Virus record (IMG/VR): IMGVR_UViG_3300030333_002570
Coordinates: 1-64,000 of that record
Reading direction: 5' to 3' (one strand)
Origin: a virus
DNA length: 64,000 nt
Positions 16,863 to 26,055 of the stretch are shown here, piece by piece. Within the stretch, counting starts at the first letter, position 1; each line of letters opens with the position of its first letter. The notes beneath the pieces were generated by a model. That model searched no databases. It was not told the DNA's origin and was given only the letters and a program-made list of their open reading frames with translations. The translations under genes and the position numbers were made by a program.

Positions 16863-19800
16863 ATGACATCTAGTTTTCCTAAAAGTAGAAAAATTAATAT
16901 GTATAAGTTCGTCTCACCAACGAAGGCGGCTGCTGGTGCAGAGGATCCTGGGATGGCAAAACTTGCTGGTCAAACTATACAGGCAATTAATAATTTAGGT
17001 AGTGTAGTAAACAGTATTGCTGGTCTTGCTAATGATCTTAGAAATATACAACTTGCTAATTTAGATGAATTAAAAAGGAAGAAAATATTTAAAGCAAAAT
17101 TTGATAAACCTGAAAAGGGTAAGTTTACTGGATTTGTTAATGATTTTATAGGAAGGGGAGCTCCTAAGTTCTGGGAAGCATTACTTAATATGTTCTCTGG
17201 TCTTCTTAAATTGATGATTATTCGACCAATATTAAAATGGTTGGCTAATCCAGAAAATCAAGAAAAGATAGAGAAGACTTTAAAGACTCTTGATACTGTA
17301 TTCAGGTTCCTTAAAGCATTTGTAGGGACAAATGTCACTAGAATACTTGATGGATTGTACGATCTGTTAAGAGATGATGCTACGTTGTGGCAGAGGATAG
17401 GTGGATTTGTTAAAGCTATGGTGGCTATGGGGGCATTATTAGCCCCATTAATGATCCTTAGAAATCCAAGAGGGACTATAATACTCTTAAGGAATTCTCT
17501 AAAATTATTCCAATCAGGTCTTCTTAAGTTCCATAAAGGACTTAAGCTGCGTAAGTTAGGTCGTCTTGGTAAGATAGCGACTGTTGCAACTGCTATTGGT
17601 GGAACTGCTTACGTTGCTAAGAAAGGTTGGGAGTATGGTCAGGATATTGCTGACAATATGGAACCATCTGCTTTTGGTGGTGGTAGAGGTGGTGATATAA
17701 CTCTTATGGAGTTTGAAGGCTCCTTTAGTATGGATGATATTAAAGGTGGCGGTCAAACTGTCATCGGTGAGATGACCAAACGACTTGGTAATCTTGAGAG
17801 AGCATTTGGTGGTTTAGTTCCAAAAGAAGAATATTATAAGACTTTACCACAGAGAGCAACAGGTGGATGGATTAATGGACCTGATTCTGGTTATCCTGTA
17901 TCATTAGGTCGTAAAGGTGGACAAGCAGACTTTATCGGTCACGGTTTAGAGTACGTAGCAAGGAATAACAAGGGTGAAGACTACGTTATTCCGATTAATA
18001 ACTTTGCAACTAGAGCAGTTCCTGGATTGGTATCTGCTAATATGAGGATGGCACATGCTCAGGGATTTGATATTCCTGGTGAACTACCAAGAGGTAAAGA
18101 TCATTTCTTCTGGGGTAGTATTAAAAAATGGGCAACGAATAAATTTACTGATAATCATGGTATAAGTTCTTTATGGAGTAAAAAACCTAAGAATCAGGGT
18201 GCTCCAGAGGGTTCTGGATGGTTTGGAAAAGCCATGAATTGGGGTAAAAACCTATTAGGTTTTGGTAAACCAGCAGAAGAGAAAAAACCAAGTATATGGC
18301 AGAATATTTTAAGTAATGCTGGCCAAATAGGTTCAATGTTTGGTGGTAAAGGTGGTGCTATTGGTGGTGCTATCCAAACTATCTTTGGTGGAGGAGGTTC
18401 TCTCGAAGGTGGTAAGGCTAGTGGATGGGATATTGCTCAAAGTCTTATGGGTGTTGCTGGATCATTTATGGATCCAGGTAGTAAAGCTGCTAATTGGTTA
18501 GGTAAAATTGGTGGTATTGGTAGTGCATTCTTCGGACCTGGTTCTGAAGGAATGACCTTTGGAGAGAAACTTGGTAGTGCTCTTGGAGTAATATCAGGTG
18601 GAGATGGAATGCTCGGACAAGTTGGTGATGCTCTTTCAGGTGGTCAAATTGGTGAACCTACAGGATGGGCTGATCAGGGATCCATGCGTGTTGGTGAAGG
18701 TGGAGCATCAGGTAGTGGAGGTGGACCTAAAGTTGGTCGTGATGGAGTTGCAAGATCTGCTAATGGTGGTATACAAGCAGCAATTAGAGCTGGTAGAACA
18801 GCGTTACAAAAAGGATTTACTGTATCTAATCACCCTAATTTTAGAAATAATAAGTGGAAAGGAGAAGGTGCTAATAGAAGAGGTGAGGATACTTCAGGTC
18901 GTCAACCAGTACGAGGAGGAAAACTTCATCAAAGAGGACTTGCTATTGATATTACAGATCATAGAAAGGGTCAAAATGCTCAGGCAAATCTTAGAGCATA
19001 TGCTGATGAATTATTTGGAAATAGAAAAGGTCAAGGTATTGCTGTAATAGCAAATAATAAATGGGGAACATGGCAAACTGGTGGTAGTAAGAAAGGACCA
19101 GGTTCTCACACTAAACCTAATACTACTACAGTTGGTTTTGCTGATAAACAAATTGCTGGCCAAGGTGGAGTAGGACTTGGTGAAAGTGATTTAAGGATGA
19201 TGAAAAAAGCTATTGTTTCTGAATCTGGTCAGACTGATACTACTACAGGAGCATTAATGGCTCGTAGTATTTTCAATCAAGCACAACAGATTGACAGTGG
19301 TTCAAGTTCTTCTATGTTTGGTGGTGCAAAAACACCTACTGAGATAATAGAGAATTTATTCCCTAAGAGTAATATTTGGGATAAACAATTATCTTCTGGA
19401 GAGAATAAGGCAGGAGAAAATATGCTTTCTTTGGCTTTTGATACTAAAACTTTATATAAGAAATTAAAAGATAAAGATTTAAGTGATGATTATGCTTCTG
19501 CCCTAATGGGAGCATCTTCCTTTGGTAAGGGTTCCATATATGGAGCAGGTAGTAAGGATACTACTCTTGCTTGGAGTGATATGAACTTCGCTACTTCTAA
19601 GGAAGGTTCAGATGATGCTCATCAAATATATGGAGATAAGAAGAAGGGAGGAAAATGGTTCCCTGGAGGACTGGGTGGATCAACAATGTTCCCTTCTCAA
19701 ATGAGCACAGCGAAACAAGATACTAATACAAATTATGGTGGTGGTACTGCTAAACAAACAGGTGGTTCAGGAGGTACTGGTAGTATTTTAAGTGGTCCTC

Positions 19801-20117
19801 AAGCAAAGCAGAAAGCAGGTGGAGATGGTAATGGTGCAGAGGATGGAAGAAATCAAAATATGATGAAGAAGATCACTGAGCAAAGGTCAAGAGCTCAAGA
19901 ACAAATGAGACAGAGCCAAGCTCAGATGGTTCAATCAGTGATAGAAAGTGTTTCTGCTAATAATCAAGCAGTTCGTTCTTCCGTTGCTGCTGCACAATCT
20001 GCCATAGCTAATTTGTTAGCTAAATCTAGAACTGGTTCTCCAGCTTCTAGAGCAGGTGCTATTAGAAATTCACAAGCACAAATACAAAATAGTAACTTTA
20101 ACTCATTTATAATTTAA
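16863..20117 (+). CDS. Tape-measure-like protein II with putative peptidoglycan-hydrolase-like domains
   Basis: 1084 aa; N terminus paralogous to the preceding gene (MYKFVSP vs LYKFINP, WLANPEN vs WLADPAN); internal LHQRGLAIDI and DLRMMKKAIVSES segments. Confidence 0.6.
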   Translation: MTSSFPKSRKINMYKFVSPTKAAAGAEDPGMAKLAGQTIQAINNLGSVVNSIAGLANDLRNIQLANLDELKRKKIFKAKFDKPEKGKFTGFVNDFIGRGAPKFWEALLNMFSGLLKLMIIRPILKWLANPENQEKIEKTLKTLDTVFRFLKAFVGTNVTRILDGLYDLLRDDATLWQRIGGFVKAMVAMGALLAPLMILRNPRGTIILLRNSLKLFQSGLLKFHKGLKLRKLGRLGKIATVATAIGGTAYVAKKGWEYGQDIADNMEPSAFGGGRGGDITLMEFEGSFSMDDIKGGGQTVIGEMTKRLGNLERAFGGLVPKEEYYKTLPQRATGGWINGPDSGYPVSLGRKGGQADFIGHGLEYVARNNKGEDYVIPINNFATRAVPGLVSANMRMAHAQGFDIPGELPRGKDHFFWGSIKKWATNKFTDNHGISSLWSKKPKNQGAPEGSGWFGKAMNWGKNLLGFGKPAEEKKPSIWQNILSNAGQIGSMFGGKGGAIGGAIQTIFGGGGSLEGGKASGWDIAQSLMGVAGSFMDPGSKAANWLGKIGGIGSAFFGPGSEGMTFGEKLGSALGVISGGDGMLGQVGDALSGGQIGEPTGWADQGSMRVGEGGASGSGGGPKVGRDGVARSANGGIQAAIRAGRTALQKGFTVSNHPNFRNNKWKGEGANRRGEDTSGRQPVRGGKLHQRGLAIDITDHRKGQNAQANLRAYADELFGNRKGQGIAVIANNKWGTWQTGGSKKGPGSHTKPNTTTVGFADKQIAGQGGVGLGESDLRMMKKAIVSESGQTDTTTGALMARSIFNQAQQIDSGSSSSMFGGAKTPTEIIENLFPKSNIWDKQLSSGENKAGENMLSLAFDTKTLYKKLKDKDLSDDYASALMGASSFGKGSIYGAGSKDTTLAWSDMNFATSKEGSDDAHQIYGDKKKGGKWFPGGLGGSTMFPSQMSTAKQDTNTNYGGGTAKQTGGSGGTGSILSGPQAKQKAGGDGNGAEDGRNQNMMKKITEQRSRAQEQMRQSQAQMVQSVIESVSANNQAVRSSVAAAQSAIANLLAKSRTGSPASRAGAIRNSQAQIQNSNFNSFII

Positions 20118-20118
20118 A

Positions 20119-21504
20119 ATGCCAAAATTAAGAAGAGATGTTGGTGAAATAGAATATCGTCTTACTATCCATAGAGATGGTAAGAGAATAGAGAATGATG
20201 GCAACTTTAATTTTAGGTCATTTTGCCAAGGATTTTCAATACAAGAGAGTTTTCAATTAGCAACAGTAGAAGCATCTTTTATATTTTCTGATGCTGCTGG
20301 TATGATTGCTGTACTGAGTGGTGCTGAAGAGATTAGATTACAAATAATTAGTTCTATTGTTGATAGGATCTATAAATTTAGGATTTATAGAGTTCATTCT
20401 CGCACTAGATCGTCACAAACAAGTGATGTCTTTATGGTTGATTGTGTTAGTGATGAGTATATGAGAAATGAAAGCACATCTGTTTTTGGTAATTCGGATA
20501 TTCTTTTTAAGAAGAAGAGAAAAGCAGAGAATATGATTGAGACCTTGGTTAAAGGAGGTAATTATCTTAACTCAAGTAAAAATCTTTATATAGAAGATAC
20601 TGTCAATAAACATTCATTTGTTGCAGTTAATTGGAGACCATTAGATACAATTTATTGGATTGCAAGACGTAGTATAAGAAAGTCTAAGTTAAGTGGAGCA
20701 TTACAAAATGCATTTTCCTTTTATGAGAATGGGTTAGGTTATCATTTTAAATCTATTGACAAAGTAATTGATGATATTAATAATCAACCAAAAGATGAGG
20801 ACACAAACTTTATCACTGGTGTACCTAGGATGTACACATATGCTATGAGTCCTAAACAAATGGATGATGAAGTCTTAGATGCCTTTACTTTTCAGGGTCT
20901 TGCTTTTCCTGAAGAAAAAAATATTTTAAGAAGTTTGAGAAATGGTACATGGTCTGGATATACAGTTGGGTTTGATCCAGTTAATATTACATCATCTAAG
21001 ATGGGATTGAGTAAAGATACAACAACTGATGATACTCGTTATACTATTGAGGGTATGTGGTCAAAGATGTCACATCTTAATGGTAAAATGACTGTTGATC
21101 CTATTACACAGATGGATGTTAGCGTTCAAAAACAAGTATTGAAACCTAGACGAGTTCGATATACAATGTTACCGAATCAAGTATTTGATCCTAAGTTTGT
21201 TGATAATGCTCAACCAAACTATCAGCAATTAGCTGACTTGGAAGCATATCAGTATATGAGGATGGAAACACTTACTAATATACAACTGCGTATTAATGTA
21301 CCTGGAAACCTAGACTTATATGCTGGTTCTGGTATTGAACTCAACATACCAGCAACTTTTAAAATTGGTCAAAAGACCCAGATGGATAAAAAATACAGTG
21401 GTAAATACCTTATTTCAACGGTAACTCATTCCACTGAAGCAGAAGGTAGTAAGTTTAGTACAACCCTGACATTACTCAAAGACTCGATTCTTAGAGATAA
21501 ATAG
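20119..21504 (+). CDS. Baseplate hub protein (gp27/VgrG-N-like)
   Basis: 461 aa, WRPLDTIYWIARRS, C-terminal VPGNLDLYAG...YSGKYLISTVTH; upstream of g5. Confidence 0.7.
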   Translation: MPKLRRDVGEIEYRLTIHRDGKRIENDGNFNFRSFCQGFSIQESFQLATVEASFIFSDAAGMIAVLSGAEEIRLQIISSIVDRIYKFRIYRVHSRTRSSQTSDVFMVDCVSDEYMRNESTSVFGNSDILFKKKRKAENMIETLVKGGNYLNSSKNLYIEDTVNKHSFVAVNWRPLDTIYWIARRSIRKSKLSGALQNAFSFYENGLGYHFKSIDKVIDDINNQPKDEDTNFITGVPRMYTYAMSPKQMDDEVLDAFTFQGLAFPEEKNILRSLRNGTWSGYTVGFDPVNITSSKMGLSKDTTTDDTRYTIEGMWSKMSHLNGKMTVDPITQMDVSVQKQVLKPRRVRYTMLPNQVFDPKFVDNAQPNYQQLADLEAYQYMRMETLTNIQLRINVPGNLDLYAGSGIELNIPATFKIGQKTQMDKKYSGKYLISTVTHSTEAEGSKFSTTLTLLKDSILRDK

Positions 21505-21537
21505 TATTGTTACCTATTAGTAACGGAGAGAAACATT

Positions 21538-21765
21538 ATGAAAACTATCGAAGACCATATTGCAGCAGACATAGCTATTATTGATGATCCTACAACTAAT
21601 GCTGCAGCTCGCAGACATTACAAAGAGGAGTTGCATGAATTAGAAGTTTATGCAGAGCATCATCATGATGAGATAGAAGCAGGAGATCACCATGATCCTA
21701 ATGCTATTGAATTATTCTGTGAGATGCATCCTGATGAGCCAGAATGTTTAATATATGACGATTGA
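21538..21765 (+). CDS. cp12: Calvin-cycle inhibitor CP12
   Basis: C-terminal ELFCEMHPDEPECLIYDD; late-type GATAAATA at 21496-21503. Confidence 0.93.
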   Translation: MKTIEDHIAADIAIIDDPTTNAAARRHYKEELHELEVYAEHHHDEIEAGDHHDPNAIELFCEMHPDEPECLIYDD

Positions 21766-22201
21766 TGACTATTTGTTAGGTCATTGGTCGAATAGACAAC
21801 AAGCACAATCCAATCCCCACTCTTTTGCCCAGACTGAGATTATATGGGAAAAAGAGGAGGATTGGTACAAATCAAAAAATTTTTATCGTGTAGATGGTCC
21901 TGAAAAACCTTATAGACAGAAAAGACATAAGATAAAGGTCTTTGAAGATAAGGTAATCATGGAGAACTATCGCTTAGACTTGACAAGGAATGAAGAATGT
22001 GATATGTTATTCCTCTTTGAGGATGGTTCTTGGCATGGAAAATTGGATAGTGAGAGATGTCGAGGGGATAGAGGAAACCGTATTGTTTCAGAAATTCATC
22101 TATATGGTGACAAACTTCATTGCAAAGATCAAGGATTTGACTCCAACAACAACGTTGTATGGGGGTCTCCTTATTTGTACCGTTTTGTTAGGCTAGGCTA
22201 A
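21755..22201 (+). CDS. cpeT: CpeT/CpcT-like phycobilin lyase
   Basis: LLGHWSNRQQAQSNP, PYRQ, CDMLF, D.G.D......WG. Confidence 0.88.
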   Translation: MTIDDYLLGHWSNRQQAQSNPHSFAQTEIIWEKEEDWYKSKNFYRVDGPEKPYRQKRHKIKVFEDKVIMENYRLDLTRNEECDMLFLFEDGSWHGKLDSERCRGDRGNRIVSEIHLYGDKLHCKDQGFDSNNNVVWGSPYLYRFVRLG

Positions 22202-22250
22202 GGAAATATAAGGACAACCTTTAGATATTGGTAAAAGTAGCTAGAAATAC

Positions 22251-22279
22251 TTGCTTTTCCTGACATTCTATTATAAAAT
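22251..22279 (+). promoter_or_regulatory. Sigma70-type promoter
   Basis: TTGCTT-N17-TAAAAT. Confidence 0.55.
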
Positions 22280-22303
22280 AGTCTGAAGCATCAAATCGAA
22301 TCA

Positions 22304-22483
22304 ATGACTTACAGACATCCTGAGAGAGTTGTGGAGAAACTCACTGATGAGGAATGGGTAGAAATGATTGCTATCAAACAAGCAATAGCAGAAAATCCTT
22401 CTTCAGTACATCCAAGAAAAATGGAATACTTTACCGAATTACTAGTTCGTTCGGATAGTATCTATTCGAGGAAAATGTCATGA
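22304..22483 (+). CDS. Hypothetical protein (59 aa, not in track)
   Basis: MTYRHPERVVEKLTDEEWVEMIAIKQAIAENPSSVHPRKMEYFTELLVRS... Confidence 0.7.
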   Translation: MTYRHPERVVEKLTDEEWVEMIAIKQAIAENPSSVHPRKMEYFTELLVRSDSIYSRKMS

Positions 22484-22644
22484 GTGGAGATACAGGTATA
22501 GAAGAACAACCATTGATCTTTTATTCTAGTGAAATGACTGCAGCTAAAAAAATCTTAATTAATAAGCATAAACTTTTAGTAAAACAAACAACTGGAGTAT
22601 ACGTTCAAGAAAGGTGGAGAACAGGCAGTCCTATGCAGGGATAA
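22480..22644 (+). CDS. Hypothetical protein (54 aa, not in track)
   Basis: ATGA overlap with the previous ORF; MSGDTGIEEQPLIFYSSEMT...WRTGSPMQG. Confidence 0.65.
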   Translation: MSGDTGIEEQPLIFYSSEMTAAKKILINKHKLLVKQTTGVYVQERWRTGSPMQG

Positions 22645-22666
22645 ATAATAAAAAAGCCTGAATTAG

Positions 22667-24985
22667 ATGGAACTGGTTGATGGTATAGTTAACGAGAATG
22701 GTACGTCCTTTGTCGGTAAGGATGGTTTTTTCTGGTGGGTTGGTGAAGTAGAGGATAATGAAGATCCAATGGAATTGGGTCGTGTAAAAGTTCGTGTTCT
22801 TGGATACTACACAAGCTTTGATGGTGGTACTGTTGCAGATCTTCCTACTGATGGATTACCTTGGGCAACAGTATTACAACATACATCCCAAGCAGGTAAT
22901 AATGGACAAGGAGAATCTACAGGACAGTTACAACCTGGAGCAATAGTTTTAGGATTTTTCTTAGATGGTGAGATGGCACAGATGCCTATGGTATTGGGTG
23001 TCATGCGTGTTAATAAGTCAGATCTTACTAAAACACAGTCTTCTTTTGCATTTACAGATCAGGATTTAGTTCCTGGAACTTCTGTTAATTCTTCTGCTGT
23101 TCATCCAGCAGAGAGAAATGTTGTTAATCCAACTGCACCATTAAGACAGTCTGGTAATAATACTGTTGCAATTCCTGGTTGTAAACTTACTAATACTGGT
23201 GGTAGTGGATCTCCTAAGAATATTGGATCAGAGAAAGGTATACTAGGTGGAACAACTAATCCTATTAAACCTTCAACTCCTACTAAACTTATTCCTGCTG
23301 CTCATGGTGTTGGTGGTCCTTGGAAGACATTAGAGTACAAAATGTCTTATCTAATAGAGGATCTTGCTAACACTTCAGCAAATCTTGTTAAGATAGACAA
23401 AGATACTTACTTAGATATTGTTATTGGTTCATATGTTAAGAAAGAAGATTTAACTAAGAAGATTGATGATTACTTAAATGTTATCTTTACACAAGTAATA
23501 TCTGCTATGCGTCAATCAGTTGCTAATTTGGCAACTAACCTTAAAGTAGAGAATATTCTTCAGAGTTCTACTGGGTTACCATTTACTTCTTATAATATTA
23601 TTCAGGCAGAAGTAACTAAGATATTAACGTCATTATGTGCTTTAGATGCTAATATTGCCACATATAAAGCAACACCTCTTGCAACGATCAATGCTTATCT
23701 TGATACCTTCTTAGCAGGTGTTGAGGATAAACCCACTTTAGTTAAGAAAACGGTTGATACTGTTGTTGCAGATATAGTTAAGGATGCTGCTAGTATTGTA
23801 ACTGGTGTTGGTGATATTACTAAGAGTGTTAAAACTACTGTTAGTGGCATTGGGGAAGCAACTAAGATTATTGATGAATGGGAGAAAGGCAGTGGTATAT
23901 ACGAACTAAACACAAACCTTTTTGAGACAGTAAACACTAATCTTACTGGATTAATGAAACTACTGACCAAATTTACAAGTAGTAACTGTAATAGGTCTTC
24001 AGGAACAACATCGTCCGTTGGATGGTATCCCTTGTATGGTATTACTAATACAGTAAAGGATGTGTATGGTACCATGTTTGATGAAGCAGATCCATATCTC
24101 ACCAGTAGTAAAAATTATTTGAATGGTTCATATGAACTATATCTTGGAACTCCTGGTCGTCAGGGTGAAGTTCACAAGAAATCAAATGGTACAACTCATA
24201 CATCAGTCTCATTTAATGATGCTCATCTTTATGAGAAGCAGATAAGAGATCAATTAAGAAGAGATTTGCCACCAGATAGGTATGAATCTCTTACTTCTGA
24301 GGAAATTGAGGCAACAGTAAAGGAATATGTAGATGAAAAAACTGGTAAAAAGGGTGATATTGGTGGGTTAGTAGCAGATCATATTTCATATGCAGGTGCT
24401 TTGACTCAAGAAGTTCATGGTGATGATTGTAAATTGGTCAATGGTGGTTATGTTAGGACTATTGATGGTGATTATCATTTAAAGGTAACTGGTAACTGTC
24501 ATATAGAAGTTGGTGGTGGGTTTTTCCTTAGTGCTGAAGGTGCTGGATCTACTGCACCACAGAAGAACACTATTAAGTTTGGATCTGATCTTGACATGAA
24601 TGTTGTTGGTGCTAAGTTTGAATTGCAAGGTGCAGAGTGTAATGTCGCATCTATTTCTACTAAGATAACAGGACATTTATTTGAGAATTCTTCTTATCAA
24701 CAGACTATGAGTGCTGTAGAACTATCATTTACTGCTGATAATTCAATTGAAATGGTGACACCACACCTATTACAACTGATAAATGTTGAAGAAAATTCAA
24801 CACCTAAGAAAATGACTGGGATACGTACAGTGGTTTCTGGTGGATGGGATACCCAAATTAATCCATCAGATGTTAAGGGATATAGAATTTCCTTGACTTC
24901 CACCCGATCTTCCTATAACCTGCCAGTGACGGACAATCTATTTTCTGTCACAGTGGCAGATGCGGTTCGCTTGACAACCGCATAG
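22667..24985 (+). CDS. g5: Baseplate hub / central spike gp5 (no lysozyme domain evident)
   Basis: FFWWVGEVEDNEDPMELGRVKVRVLGY, LPWATVL, VLGFFLDGEMAQMPMVLG OB-fold; C-terminal beta-helix-like repeats. Confidence 0.92.
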   Translation: MELVDGIVNENGTSFVGKDGFFWWVGEVEDNEDPMELGRVKVRVLGYYTSFDGGTVADLPTDGLPWATVLQHTSQAGNNGQGESTGQLQPGAIVLGFFLDGEMAQMPMVLGVMRVNKSDLTKTQSSFAFTDQDLVPGTSVNSSAVHPAERNVVNPTAPLRQSGNNTVAIPGCKLTNTGGSGSPKNIGSEKGILGGTTNPIKPSTPTKLIPAAHGVGGPWKTLEYKMSYLIEDLANTSANLVKIDKDTYLDIVIGSYVKKEDLTKKIDDYLNVIFTQVISAMRQSVANLATNLKVENILQSSTGLPFTSYNIIQAEVTKILTSLCALDANIATYKATPLATINAYLDTFLAGVEDKPTLVKKTVDTVVADIVKDAASIVTGVGDITKSVKTTVSGIGEATKIIDEWEKGSGIYELNTNLFETVNTNLTGLMKLLTKFTSSNCNRSSGTTSSVGWYPLYGITNTVKDVYGTMFDEADPYLTSSKNYLNGSYELYLGTPGRQGEVHKKSNGTTHTSVSFNDAHLYEKQIRDQLRRDLPPDRYESLTSEEIEATVKEYVDEKTGKKGDIGGLVADHISYAGALTQEVHGDDCKLVNGGYVRTIDGDYHLKVTGNCHIEVGGGFFLSAEGAGSTAPQKNTIKFGSDLDMNVVGAKFELQGAECNVASISTKITGHLFENSSYQQTMSAVELSFTADNSIEMVTPHLLQLINVEENSTPKKMTGIRTVVSGGWDTQINPSDVKGYRISLTSTRSSYNLPVTDNLFSVTVADAVRLTTA

Positions 24986-24999
24986 GACTCTGCTATACT
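24960..24999 (+). promoter_or_regulatory. Sigma70 promoter whose -35 lies within an 8-bp inverted repeat
   Basis: ATGCGGTT (24960-67)/AACCGCAT (24976-83); TTGACA 24971-76, N17, TGc-TATACT 24994-99. Confidence 0.8.
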
Positions 25000-25024
25000 A
25001 TGAAAGTAAACAACGAGGCATACC

Positions 25025-25231
25025 ATGTCTAACTCTACACAAGCACCATCTGACGTTCTTGAGCATGTATTCGTAAACCTATCAAAAAGACAGGTTACCT
25101 TGCTTGATGAAGAAGGTTACACACAAGATGTGAACTTCAAGTTTGACTCAGAGGGAACAGAAGGATTCGCAGAGGTTATTGCAATTCTCAGCGAAAACCT
25201 AAAAGAAGAAACACTTACCATATATGACTGA
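25025..25231 (+). CDS. Acidic hypothetical protein
   Basis: 68-aa ORF with SD GAGG. Confidence 0.7.
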   Translation: MSNSTQAPSDVLEHVFVNLSKRQVTLLDEEGYTQDVNFKFDSEGTEGFAEVIAILSENLKEETLTIYD

Positions 25232-25469
25232 TATTCAGGATATAACAGAAGAAGAGGCAGTTTCAAACCTGCCTTTTCTTCTGACAATGACAGAAAGAAA
25301 CCGTACCGTTTGGAGAATTAAAAGTCCAAATGGTGCGGTTGCTTTATTATCACCAGTTTTACAATCTGGTCCTCCTGTAGATCAGGAGATTTTAGATCAA
25401 GTAGAGGATTTCAGGAAGGGATTTATGGAAAATACTCCCGAAGAAGCACAAGTTGACACCTCAGCATAA
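25224..25469 (+). CDS. Phd/YefM-like protein (putative)
   Basis: ITEEEAVSNLPFLLTMTERNRTVWRIKSPNGAVALLSP follows the Phd N-terminal beta-alpha-beta-beta pattern. Confidence 0.5.
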   Translation: MTDIQDITEEEAVSNLPFLLTMTERNRTVWRIKSPNGAVALLSPVLQSGPPVDQEILDQVEDFRKGFMENTPEEAQVDTSA

Positions 25470-25481
25470 ATACCTTATAAT
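25453..25481 (+). promoter_or_regulatory. Composite sigma70 plus late promoter
   Basis: TTGACA-N17-TATAAT with CATAAATA (25465-72) in the spacer. Confidence 0.85.
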
Positions 25482-25504
25482 ACTCTGGTAAACGAGGCAG
25501 ACCA

Positions 25505-25639
25505 ATGCGTCTTAAAAGCCATGAAACTCCTAGAAAGCAAGGACGCAACTTCAAATCGAAGTTAGCGTCTGCTCGTTTGCGTCAACTCAAAAAACGCACC
25601 AAAACGTTAATTAAGAAACTCTATGAAAAAAACATTTGA
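25505..25639 (+). CDS. Very basic 44-aa protein (not in track)
   Basis: MRLKSHETPRKQGRNFKSKLASARLRQLKKRTKTLIKKLYEKNI, SD GAGG. Confidence 0.65.
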   Translation: MRLKSHETPRKQGRNFKSKLASARLRQLKKRTKTLIKKLYEKNI

Positions 25640-25772
25640 GACAGTTGACAAAAAAGGTCGTCTATCGACTTGGGAATGGGAGGAAACTCCTGAAGCTAAG
25701 GCAGCAATAGCAAGACTACATGCTGTCGAACGATTACACAATGACATTAAGGAGGCACATTCAAATGACTGA
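25623..25772 (+). CDS. Hypothetical protein (49 aa, not in track)
   Basis: MKKTFETVDKKGRLSTWEWEETPEAKAA... Confidence 0.6.
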   Translation: MKKTFETVDKKGRLSTWEWEETPEAKAAIARLHAVERLHNDIKEAHSND

Positions 25773-26013
25773 ATTGAGAGTAGTTCCTAATCTACCAATA
25801 GATCCTGTAGGAACTGATAGAAGAGAGCGTGTGTATGAAGTTATAGGTGATTATATTGGAGATAATAATGTTTCTCCTGGAGAAGCATATGAGGAGTTAT
25901 TATCAGAAGTTGAAGGTTGGATTAAGTACCATAGTGATTGTTTAGAAAAAGCAAGTGATTTGTATAACTTATTGTTGAATCAAGAGCAATCGAAAGTGCG
26001 TTTATCAGACTGA
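25765..26013 (+). CDS. Hypothetical protein
   Basis: ATG 25765 with strong SD AAGGAGG. Confidence 0.7.
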   Translation: MTELRVVPNLPIDPVGTDRRERVYEVIGDYIGDNNVSPGEAYEELLSEVEGWIKYHSDCLEKASDLYNLLLNQEQSKVRLSD

Positions 26014-26019
26014 TTTCGT

Positions 26020-26027
26020 TATAAATA
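26020..26027 (+). promoter_or_regulatory. T4 late promoter
   Basis: TATAAATA ahead of the structural operon. Confidence 0.8.
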
Positions 26028-26055
26028 GACAAGTAGCCAATAGTGTGATTATTCC

